From Rotaria socialis (taxonomy: Eukaryota): a stretch of 35,884 nucleotides of DNA. Positions 1 through 10,132 of the stretch are shown here, piece after piece. The notes beneath the pieces are model-generated. The model was not told the DNA's origin and did not search any database. It saw only the letters and a list, made by a program, of their open reading frames with translations. Within the stretch, counting starts at the first letter, position 1. Each line of letters opens with the position of its first letter. The stretch lies in contig CAJNYD010000380.1 of the NCBI GenBank assembly GCA_905331295.1, positions 1 through 35,884 of the forward strand, in the 5' to 3' direction. The translations under genes and the position numbers were made by a program.

Positions 1-704
1 AGTGGGGTTCACCTTGGGAAATTCACTATAGTCAGTATACTTTCACCAAAATGTTCTTTTTCGATTTAATATGCATACATAGATATATTAGTTATTGTAA
101 AGAGCAAACTGGACAAAGTGTTTAGAAAATTGATTCCAAGCATAAAGGAAAACAGATAGTAAAGAATTCGACTGGTCGCTCAGCTAGGTGACTATTTAAA
201 TACTACTACTACTAAATGTGTCCTCTTTTTTCGAATTCACTGAATACTATTGAAATTAAATTGAATGTAAAACATTTAGGTAACTAGTCTGCTTTATATG
301 ATTTTTCGTATCCTTGAAAGTTACTTGAATATTATAACAAAATAATCATTCAATATGTACAAATGGGAATGATTTAGAATAATTCGGAATCACGGATATC
401 ACAGGTTGCCAAGATTAGATGAGAGCAAGACTTTCGATGACTTAAGTGATTGATCAGAGGATTCTTACAAAATTAGTCAGAGTTAAGGAGAGTTTCCATT
501 TTTTTTTGAAAACTCATCATCAAAAAGATACAATCACTTTGCTCAAGAATACAAAATGTTTTTGCGGGGGGCCTAGAAATCGAATCCCTGCTGTACGTTT
601 AGCGTAAAAGTACTCCACATCTCAAATGATACTTTTTCATTTCATCCATAATACTTATGTACTTGAATTCGGATAATGCGTAGTTTTCAATCCATGAAAA
701 TCTT

Positions 705-765
705 GAGGGTGGGTGTGGGTGTGGTTGAGTTAAGAATAGTCACATCCACACATCCACACCCCAAA
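705..765. repeat. Short GT-rich/CA-rich inverted repeat, related to 33594-33660
   Basis: gggtgggtgtgggtgtgg...cacatccacacatccacacccc can fold back. Its reverse complement (tgactattcttaactcaaccacacc...cctcaag) resembles 33594-33660 (tgactatttgttactacacatac...cctcagg). Confidence 0.45.
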
Positions 766-850
766 ATATAACTTTAGATTCGTGATCAGCATGAAAAGTT
801 GATCACAAAAATATCGTTTGATTAAATACAAAGTTAGTTCAACTAAAAAC

Positions 851-1050
851 GCTTGTTAGCGCAGCCCCTGTGGGACTAAAATGTGGAACTCACATGATTT
901 TTCGCCTAATTTACTTATATATAACACGTAATGCGAAATTTGCTGCAAAAATCGGTCGGTAGAAAAAGTCTTATTTAGTTTTTGCATGCTTGTTACTATC
1001 TGTAATGCAGGGTAGTGTCTCTGAGGGGGGTGTAAGGGGGTTTGGTCTGN

Positions 1051-1112
<62 letters not shown>

Positions 1113-1188
1113 CCCCCTAGTCGCAAAAATCTCGCTTGTAAACTTACACTCACCATTTTCTTCGAAAATATATGTGAGTTCCACAAAA
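851..1188 (-). mobile_element. Non-autonomous Helentron/DINE-1-like element, copy 1
   Basis: It has 13-bp subterminal inverted repeats gtggaactcacat (883-895) and atgtgagttccac (1172-1184). An imperfect GC hairpin (863-877) lies just beyond the 3' subTIR and both ends sit in T runs. Both ends are homologous to 33773-34210. It contains an N at 1050 and a 61-nt C run. Confidence 0.7.
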
Positions 1189-1246
1189 TCTAAACAAAAC
1201 GAAATCAACGTAAAAAAACCATGACTTTCAAATATACAGAAAAGTT

Positions 1247-2866
1247 TCAAAATCTTGTTACTTGATCATTTTCACATAGAGACGAAACGAAATCCCAACT
1301 ATTATCTTTTTCTTTATGACAATGTTGATTGGTACGCGGCCCAATATAATATTTTCGTGCGCCACAAGCAAACCAATAGATCATTGCAAATACAAGAATT
1401 CCTATGAGAATAACTACCGCATAGTTCATATTCTCTACTGTCCCTGGTTGATTTGTTGGCATCAGAAAGATAACTGAGACAAACGCTGTCCAGATCACTG
1501 ACCAGTAGTTAATTGGTGTCGAAAATGTTCCTAAATTCCATAGTCCAGGAATATATCTTCCTGTTTCAGTACCATAGATCAGCTTACAAATTATCGGTAT
1601 ACAATAACTCCAGTCAAGTGCAATCGCACAGACATTAAAGATTGCTGCAATTGCCGTATAGGAACCGAGTCCAATCAGATTGATGCTAACGGCGAGAGTG
1701 ACACTCAGCCAAACGGCAATCAGAGGAGTCTGAGTGTAACTATTGATTCGAATCCATACTTTTGAAAATGGTAAAAGTTCATCACGTGAAAAAGCATAGA
1801 TAGTTCGGGCATTTGCCTGAAGAACTGAAATGCCGCAAAAATTTAGAATGATAAAAGCAAAGAGTGTAAAAATAATGCCACCCGTTCTACCGAGAACGTT
1901 GTAGAAAATCTGAGTAAATGGTTGGGCTGTTGGTGAAGACAGAAGATTTTCAATGTCTCCCATAGTGAAGGCAAGAACAATGTTGAAGAGAAAACCGAGA
2001 CTGTAGGTGAGGAAGAGAGCAGAGGCAATTGCCTGTGGAGCACGTACAGCTGCATTCTGAATTTCTTCTGCAATGTGTGCTGTTGCATCATAGTCTGTCA
2101 TTACCCACACAACGGAAAGGAATCCAAAAAGGAACGAGAACCCGACAGGACTCCAGCCACTATGTGGTTGAATTTCAATGAACACGTACTTCGCTGAGTG
2201 TTTTTCTTTTTGGCATACTAGCAAGCTGGTGCTCGCCGATACTAACACGACAAGATGAAAGATGCCATACCATTTTGTAATTCTATCGAGCCATTTCGTG
2301 CTGAGACTATTGATCAAACCATGGAGAATAGCGATCGCAGCCATAACACCAATGGTATGTCCAGCAGTTGGATGATAACAAAATTCTGTGCTCATACTGA
2401 CGGCAGCAAGTAGAAGTTGTGAACACCCGTAATCTGTTGAGGCGACTGTAGTAACTTGCCCGAGGAGATTTAACCAACCACAAAGCCACGATGTCAACGG
2501 AATATATTTAGTTGGAACAAGATATTTCAACGTAAAATAGAGTCCACCCGACGTTGGATAGGCAGAAACAAGTTCTGCGACACTCAGTGCCATGCACATG
2601 CATCCTGAGCCAGCAATCAACCAACACCAGACGACTGCCGGTGCACCGCCCGCCTGCAAACCATAGCCAAAGGTCGTTCCAATTGCAGCGTAGAGACCAG
2701 AAATAGATAATGAAAATGAAAATGAAGAGAGCCGGCCGAATTCACGTTTGAAGACCGGCTCGTAACCGAGTTCAATGATTCGTCGATCATCTTCATCTGG
2801 CATACTAGTGCCGGTCGGTTCAACTTGAATATTGTCTGAGTCTCTTTGCCATTCCTCGGTGGTCAT
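1247..2866 (-). CDS. APC-superfamily amino acid/GABA/polyamine permease of fungal type (UGA4/TPO5/HNM1-like), intronless
   Basis: The 539-aa ORF has about 12 hydrophobic segments. It carries motifs typical of fungal ACT-family permeases: LGYEPVFKREF, SSFSFSLSISG, GGAPAVVWCW, VAELVSAYPTSGGLY, MTDYDATAHIAEE, YAFSRD and MNYAVV. Confidence 0.93.
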   Translation of the reverse strand: MTTEEWQRDSDNIQVEPTGTSMPDEDDRRIIELGYEPVFKREFGRLSSFSFSLSISGLYAAIGTTFGYGLQAGGAPAVVWCWLIAGSGCMCMALSVAELVSAYPTSGGLYFTLKYLVPTKYIPLTSWLCGWLNLLGQVTTVASTDYGCSQLLLAAVSMSTEFCYHPTAGHTIGVMAAIAILHGLINSLSTKWLDRITKWYGIFHLVVLVSASTSLLVCQKEKHSAKYVFIEIQPHSGWSPVGFSFLFGFLSVVWVMTDYDATAHIAEEIQNAAVRAPQAIASALFLTYSLGFLFNIVLAFTMGDIENLLSSPTAQPFTQIFYNVLGRTGGIIFTLFAFIILNFCGISVLQANARTIYAFSRDELLPFSKVWIRINSYTQTPLIAVWLSVTLAVSINLIGLGSYTAIAAIFNVCAIALDWSYCIPIICKLIYGTETGRYIPGLWNLGTFSTPINYWSVIWTAFVSVIFLMPTNQPGTVENMNYAVVILIGILVFAMIYWFACGARKYYIGPRTNQHCHKEKDNSWDFVSSLCENDQVTRF

Positions 2867-3702
2867 CGCTAGCTGTTTATTCCTAAAAAAATGTGCCTTC
2901 GAAACAAAAATAATACATGTATTTAGTCTTCATATAGCTTGACGCGTTATTAGTCGTTGGAGGGCCGTATCAAACAGAATCCTCTCGGGGTGAGCAGGCG
3001 CGAATGTATGTGGATTAATGCTAGATGATGATGATTACGCCAACCACATAACTTAACCTGTTTCACCATTACAATCGTCTTTCAAACTTATGTCAATGAT
3101 TATTTCGACTTACCTAATGTGTGAAACTCGATTCAGCATCTGATGAGAGTAGGGAATGTATATACAATATCAGATGAATGATCTATAGTGGCATTCTGTC
3201 TTTTGAATTTATTAAAAATGCCCAGTCCATACTTGCGACTTCCATAGCCGTTAAGGCAATAGACTACGCGAGACTCAAAACGAATTGCTGATCAAAATCA
3301 GTTTCAAGTAAACTTTCGTTAAGAATCCCTGCACATAACCCTCGACCCGACGTGCTTAAACCAATTTCCAAATGCAAACCATCAAGTATATATGTGAAAC
3401 GTGCTTCATCCACAAAGGTTTTAACAACAAACGACATATATCTAACTTGACCCATTACTGAGGGTGTCTTTGACGTATTCGAAAGTAGAAAGGCGTTGGG
3501 CATATGTATTTGAAGAGAATGAGCTAAACTACCTTTTACCATCAAGATTGCATTCAATTTACAATAAATATAAGAAAAAGGTCAAATTATCAAGTAATTA
3601 TTGAAATGTTTAGAAAATATAACGGGGGAAGTTCTATTTTATAAAGAAGAAACAAAGAAAAACGTTGGCGAAATTTTTGAATTTTTTTTATCAACGTAGT
3701 AT

Positions 3703-4086
3703 TTTGATATATTCAAATATTTGTTCTCTTTCTAGTAATTGGTTTCTTTAATCTGTTTAATATTCGTAACGTTTCTGATGATAATATCGTCCTAAATAAG
3801 AAATTAATGTGCAAAACAGAAAGTTTTCTCTTACATATACACATATTTTGATGATTGTTTTTGTTCTTTCTTCTTCCGTAATAGTGGCATGGAGTCTATA
3901 TCACTATCACAGGCAGTGGAGCGAAACAAATCACCAAACTATATGAAAATATATATAAAAGAAAAATTTTCTGTTTTGTACAATAACCTGTGATGGAGAA
4001 CGATATTTTAGTCTAAAACGTTCAGAATACTATAAATAAATTAACGAAACTAACCAGTAGACAAAGAACAAATATTTAAATATGAT
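3703..4086. repeat. Degenerate foldback (long inverted repeat) element
   Basis: 3706-3792 (atattcaaatatttgttctctttctag...aatatcgtcc) matches the reverse complement of about 3998-4083. 3808-3850 (gtgcaaaacagaaagttttctc) matches the reverse complement of about 3947-3982. Confidence 0.65.
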
Positions 4087-4106
4087 ACGAATAACCTTTC
4101 TAAATG

Positions 4107-4448
4107 CCCGAGTCGAAAAATCTGACGTAAGATCTTGCAATCCGGACGTCAGATCTCACAATTCGAACGAAATCTTATAAGCATCAGACAAAAAATTGTC
4201 GTCTCTGAAATCTTGCGTCAGATCATACTATATTGTCTTTAAAGATCACACATGCAATTTATTTTCACTACAAATTTGTCGTGATATTTCATGGGTAACA
4301 GAATCTTTCAAGAATCTTCTGATACGACTTAGTGTAAGAAATCAGAGACGATGATTTTGCGTGCGATTTTTTGTCTGATCTTATCGGATCAGATACGATC
4401 AAACGTACGATTCTTGTAAGATCTCGCCGTCTGGTTTCTCGCCCTGGG
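4107..4448. mobile_element. MITE with CCC...GGG termini and 2-bp TSD (CACTA/EnSpm-like)
   Basis: The left end cccgagtcgaaaaatctgacgtaagatcttgcaa resembles the reverse complement of the right end, cccagggcgagaaaccagacggcgagatcttacaa. There are internal inverted segments (tcagacaaaaa/ttttgtctga, gtcgtctctga/tcagagacga) and TG flanks both sides. Confidence 0.7.
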
Positions 4449-5619
4449 TGGTGAACAACATAGTATTCTCGTATATTTAGTGCAAATGGAGCGTAATCAA
4501 CGATGATAGGTAGTTTAAATCTCTCACTTCATGTATATACATGTGTATGCCTACAATATACCTTGCCATCTTCGAATAGGGCAAAAAATAAAAGAGAAAT
4601 GAAAAGGGGTGGCTACCAATAAAATGCACTTTAAGAAAATATAATTTTGAACAATACATTGTTTTCTCTTGATGTTGTAAGTTCGTATAGTGAAATTAGA
4701 AAACGATGTTGTATTCTCCACTTTAAAAGAACTGGCTATTGCTGTACTCATTTTGCCATGAATAAAAACGTTAACTGTTGTCAATTGTTTTCACACTTTG
4801 TGCGCACTCAGTCGTTGGTCATGAAAAACATGCAATGTATGTTCACTATCGTTTCTTTTCATAATTATCATCACTATATAGTGCGCTTTTGATGTTTACA
4901 CATAGGAAAGAAGTCATGCGTTACAACAGAGTGTAAAAATAAACATAGAATGCTTCATATAATTTCAATCACGCAGAATGAAAGATCATGATTGCATGTT
5001 CGACCTTGACGTAAATAAACTGCACATCGATTACGAGGCAATACATGAATAAAGTACATAGTTGTTGTAATGCTTGAATCCTAATAATTTATAGGTGATC
5101 AGCGATACGGATCCCGATTAGTACTCCAGTGAATAAGGTCTCGGTCATGCTTACTAGTTACTGCGAAAGACAACAATAGAATCTCGTGCGAGAGTATTCG
5201 GATGCACAAGAGAAGGCATTGGGTAGGGCGGTATTAATCTTTTAACCGAAGTTTTATGTTCTTTTTGTTTCGGCCTTATTTTAAATTCTGCATAATTAAT
5301 TAGAGAGCATTTCGTATCGCGAACGAAAGACATGCGTCATATGTATATAATCGTGTGTATAAAATAAAAAAGCGAACATAAAATGTTTTCATTATTTGGA
5401 TTCCGTTGTGACATGAATAGAATATATCACAAATAATAAAATATTAAAAATGAAACATATAAGCACCGACTTGTTTAAAAAGAAGTTTTGTGAAATTTTA
5501 GCGTAAATAGAATAGTATTTTATTGATTATAAGTGAAAAATAAAATGCTATTGTTTCTCGTTTACCGTGTTCATATAGTAATGTAATTTCTTTTCTTCTC
5601 GATACATATATATTCAATT

Positions 5620-5850
5620 ATGTCATCGACCAGTAATTTGAAAAATCTCCAAATTTCAATATTGCATTTTTGGAACCGGGGTATACGATCTGTTTCCCGT
5701 ATGCGTCGCGAAGCAAGCATTCCACTGAGAACTATCTATTACAATATTGACAAATTAAAGCAAACAGGTTCACTTCAACATCGAGGTGGAAATGGTCGAC
5801 CACGTGTCCTTGATGGACTAGAAAAAAAAACTATCGGTCAATTCATTAAG
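5620..5850 (+). pseudogene. Tc1/mariner transposase N-terminal fragment (DNA-binding HTH only)
   Basis: IPLRTIYYNIDKLKQTGSLQHRGGNGRPRVL contains the paired-like HTH followed by the GRPR motif of Tc1 transposases. Similarity ends near codon 76 and no DDE domain follows. Confidence 0.8.
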
Positions 5851-6577
5851 TCGACTACTAAGAAAGATCTTGAGGTTGTGGTTGAGGTGATCACCGTGTT
5901 CTCAAAACAAACAACGTTACTAAAATAGTTAGAAGGTGTTTTTCCTAAGTTCTAAACTACTTTTCGTTTATTATGCATGCCTAATTTATTTGTCGAAATC
6001 ACTATTTTTCTCTAATATTAACATGCGAACGTAATTAGTGCTAGTTTCACTTTTACACTATAAAGTTCGGGATGCTTTAAAACAAAAAGCTTTTGTTCTT
6101 CTAATACAAAAATTCGGCTCATATGTTTGTGAATTCTTTTTTTTTTAATTTAAAAATTTTAGCTAAGAGAAGTATTCTGAAATCTCAATTATTTTTAATG
6201 TGAATCGATTTTATTAAAAGCTATTCAAATAATTTATTTTTCAATATGTTTGGTTTAATGAAGCAATAGTTCGCTCAGCTAATTTAAATTATAGAAAGAA
6301 AAACGTTTGATTATATTTTCTAATTATGCAGAAATGATAATATGCTTTTTGTGTTTAAACTAATAAAAATATATTTATAGCGAATCGAATAAAAATAGAT
6401 CCGACATGTAAAAATCTTCAAGAAATTTGATAATGAAATTCATGGAAGAGAAAATTTTACAATAAAATATCGAAGAAAAATTCAACTTTTCAACTGTTTC
6501 ATGGATCTCTACTTGTTAATAATAGAGAATTATCAAACAAAAACTTAATTGAATTTGCCTTTCTAATAAACTAATCT

Positions 6578-7511
6578 TTATAAAATTTGACAGTTATTTG
6601 GCATATTAACACGGTGTATATTAAAATAATTAGTAGGATCTAAATGAATAATGTAATCCATAAAAATATCGCGCATTTGATGAACATTTTTAATTTGTTG
6701 ACAAACAGATTGTTTATTTGGATAATTAACTAATTCAGGACGTAATGAACCCATAAAAAAAATCTTTTTACCAAAAAAACCTTTTAAATTATTTTTCTGA
6801 ACAAGATCAGATTGAAAAAAATCATTTATTTTATCTTCTCGTTGTTGCCAATTTGTTTCTTCTGCATGTGTTACAATTAAACAAATATATTCATGTAAAA
6901 ATGGATATTTTTCTTTCACAAAAATCATTGAATAAATATCTTCGATATCTAAATTTGTTTGTAAATTAATAACAAATGCAAATAAATGTATATTAGTAAC
7001 ATCTTGTTCCATACATTTATCAATACTTCGTTTTATTTTATCATTTTTAATTGTTTTATTTTGTTGTTTTACTTTATCAAACATGCCAGGTGTATCAATT
7101 ATATTTAAAGAATAAATACTATTTGAATTAATTAATGCTGTCGAAACAGAATGAATGGTTATTTGTTTTGTTTCAGAATAAATTTTTCCATCAGGTGGCA
7201 TATAACAAGGATTTTCAATAACTTTTGCAATTGTTGTTTTTCCACTTCGAGTCTTTCCCATTAAAAGGAGATTATGTGTTATTGTATGACGAATTAAATA
7301 TTTATTATTTTGATTACTCCATTTTTTAACTTCATTCATCATGTCATTAAAATCTGGTAAATTATCGGTTGCATACATCCAACTTTGTCTTTCTAAATAA
7401 ATCAAAAATTACTTGGACGTTAATATTCGATAGAATTTTTCTAAAATTCTTTCAAAAAATACCTGTTGAATAATTTATTTGGCATGCATATGTTGATATA
7501 TATTTAGCCAT
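6578..7511 (-). CDS. AIG1/GIMAP-like P-loop GTPase with C-terminal CaaX, 287 aa, 2 exons (7511-7463, 7392-6578)
   Basis: G1 is LLLMGKTRSGKTT, G2 region is YSET, G3 is IIDTPGMFD and the G4-like motif is LIVTHAE. The protein ends in NNCQIL*. A 70-nt phase-1 GT-AG intron (7462-7393) joins MAKYISTYACQINYST in frame to ERQSWMY. Confidence 0.85.
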
Positions 7512-8092
7512 TATGGAAGTTGAATAAGAAATCGATCTAAACAGAAAAAAAACTTTAATCAAGAGAAAATTTCTACGAGAGAATCATTCACAAAATGTCA
7601 TTGAATTTTATTTGAAAATTGATCTATTGATCTTTATATTGACAATTGAATATTCATCCGATTAAGTATTTTTAAGTTACTTTTATCTTAAAAATCAATT
7701 TAATTAATATGCAAAATCCTAGACGAAACATTTCTCTTATCAATAACGATATAACGATAACTAACAAGGTAACGCGACGTTAGCGTCGCCAACCCTATAT
7801 TGAAAGGATGTAGTCATGTAGAACGTAGCTATTCAAAACTATCGAGCTGAGAGACTTCACATTTTATAGCTTCGAAATGATTTTCATGGAAAACACGATT
7901 TATAGCCGAGCATAAATAGAAAACTTGCTTGGAAGTATCACCAAGAAAACGGCATTTAAGTAGTACTTATTAATGCGATATGACAACAGTGAAGTTCAAT
8001 GCATATGATCTGCTACAGCTCAAGCTATGCTCCGAAAACTTCCGATCAGCTTGATAACGGAGTGAAGAAAAAGACCCATTCAGGAGAGCTAT

Positions 8093-9843
8093 CCCGGGAC
8101 CAAACGGTACGGCGGGAAACTGTTGGTTCCGGTGAAATTCCGGCAAAAACATGGAAGAAGGGTTCCGACGCCTCTTTACGGGAGCAGGATCCGATTCGGT
8201 TGCAACGTCCAGATCTGACCGTTTTTATTTCCTTTCAGACGGTTTAATCCTGCAATCAGAAACGATAGGATCTATTCGAAAACGTATTCCTTATAACTAC
8301 ATGACTTTAATACCTTACAGTCGACAAATTGGATCGCTCTCTCAAAAGAATCTCTAGAATACAATTGTATATTTAATGTTCAAATGTATGGAATATTAAG
8401 AAAAAGTTGCAATTTCAAACAAGCACTGATAAAGATGTTGGCTCTCTTCAAAACATTGGACTAAATTGGACATGGTAGTCATTATTAAAGCAGTTTTAAG
8501 GAGTACGAATTTAACAGCAGTGTGAGAACAAGCCGCTTCGATACAAAATACCACGTAAGAGATTGCACAGCTCACAACTCACTGCTGAGAGCAATAGTGG
8601 AGTAGAGACCACGATAGACTATTGAATTATGTCTTCAAATTCGAAGATATTATTTAGCTCAGATAATTCCTCGCGATAATGCACGATAACTAAGTAAACG
8701 AAACCACTACTGAGCTGATTTAAATTAATTTAATTGACAAGAGTTCAAAAACATCTGATACAAAAGAAACCGTCACCATAAAAAGCAAAAAATTAAACGT
8801 CCATCTCTGGAAAGTCTAAAAACCGACAAAATACTCAAATCTTATCATTTTAAAGGTCTTCAAACACATCTGTCACAGATACGACCGCAAGGTGACAGAC
8901 AGGCACTAGAGCAGAAAGACCATTCTCTCTGAATCCAACCGAGTTAGATATGCCAAAAACTAGAACGCTCAAAAAACAAGTATTGCAATACTAAAACAGG
9001 CTCGTCCATGCAGCTACTAGTAAAGTGCCTTCAAGTTTGTCTGAGACTGTTCAAACTGACCTAGCAATACATGAACACTCTGAAGATCACCAATTTGTCC
9101 ACAGGAGCGAACATTGAAAGTTCCAACCCCAGAGGCGTAACACACCTGTTCAGGTAAGGTACAGGTAACACTTCGCATACTTTTTTATACCAAAACTTTC
9201 TCAAAATCATTCCAACCTCATTTCTAATATTAATCGATGATAATTGAAAACAAGAATCGACATAGAACTTTGGACTTGTTATAAATCTTCCTTGAGCAAC
9301 ATTTACAATCAGTGTTGTATTCTCTATCAGCAGAATATTATGTAATTAAGGTAAATAGAACAAATCACCTTCAAAGATCTTTATTAGTAAAAAATTGCAG
9401 CGTTCCTTCGCGGAAAGATCTTAAAATATGATTGTCTGTCGATCTGAATCTTCTAATCACAGAAATACCTTATAACTAAGGTAGTCACACTAAAGATCTC
9501 TAGTGATCTTCGTAGATCTTTTATATTTGTTTCAGAATGCAGAATCGTGGGTTCCGTTGTGCTTCCGGTTTGTCCCATCAGTATCTTTTGCTTTTCCGTT
9601 TTGGATGTGAAGGTTTCCGCTGGCATTCCTGATTCCCTCCTCCCTGTTCCTTAGAGTTTCCTATGACTGAATTTGGGAGGAAGTTAAGGGTTCAGGGTAC
9701 GGGTTTTTCCAGGGGGAACACTGCTTCCACTTCCTATTGTTTTTCCTGCAGGATCCGGCGGGAATGACTAGGGAACCGCTGGAAAATCACCGAAAAGAAG
9801 CCGTTTCCAGACAGGTTCTGGAGAACGGAATCATCGACCTGGG
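8093..9843. mobile_element. Degenerate CCC...GGG-terminated DNA element, about 1.75 kb, possibly composite
   Basis: It starts cccggg and ends cctggg. Both ends have GC-richer subterminal regions full of ttccg/cggaa motifs in opposite orientation. The 2-bp flanks differ (at/aa) and there is no intact ORF. Confidence 0.45.
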
Positions 9844-10132
9844 AAGTAGTGAATTAGACACTGTTTTGTAATGCGATAAATGACGTTCTTCTTTTCCTAT
9901 TCGACATATGTAACTATGAACTCTGGAAACATGTGATTTAATATCTTCTCAAAGAGAACAAATTGGTTACAGAGTAGACAAACAACACATGCGTAATATA
10001 AAAAATAGTGATAAAAGCAACAGAGTACAATTGGAAGAAAAAGGTTTGCTTAAAATAGTAAAACACTGTATTAAAAGAACAATGATAAAAAAAGATGTGA
10101 ATAAAATCTAACATCGACACTACCACTGTTAA

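Noticed and set aside
560..620. tRNA/SINE-like segment with a B-box-like ggattcgatt on the minus strand
   Set aside because: No cloverleaf or A-box can be built.
971..1250. Poly-Pro and poly-Gly ORFs
   Set aside because: They arise from a 61-nt C homopolymer next to an N (1050) inside a repeat element. The homologous copy has only a short C-rich patch, so the run length is probably a sequencing or assembly artefact.
3120..3160. Hammerhead ribozyme-like words (GAAA...CTGATGA)
   Set aside because: Stems I-III cannot be formed around the core nucleotides.
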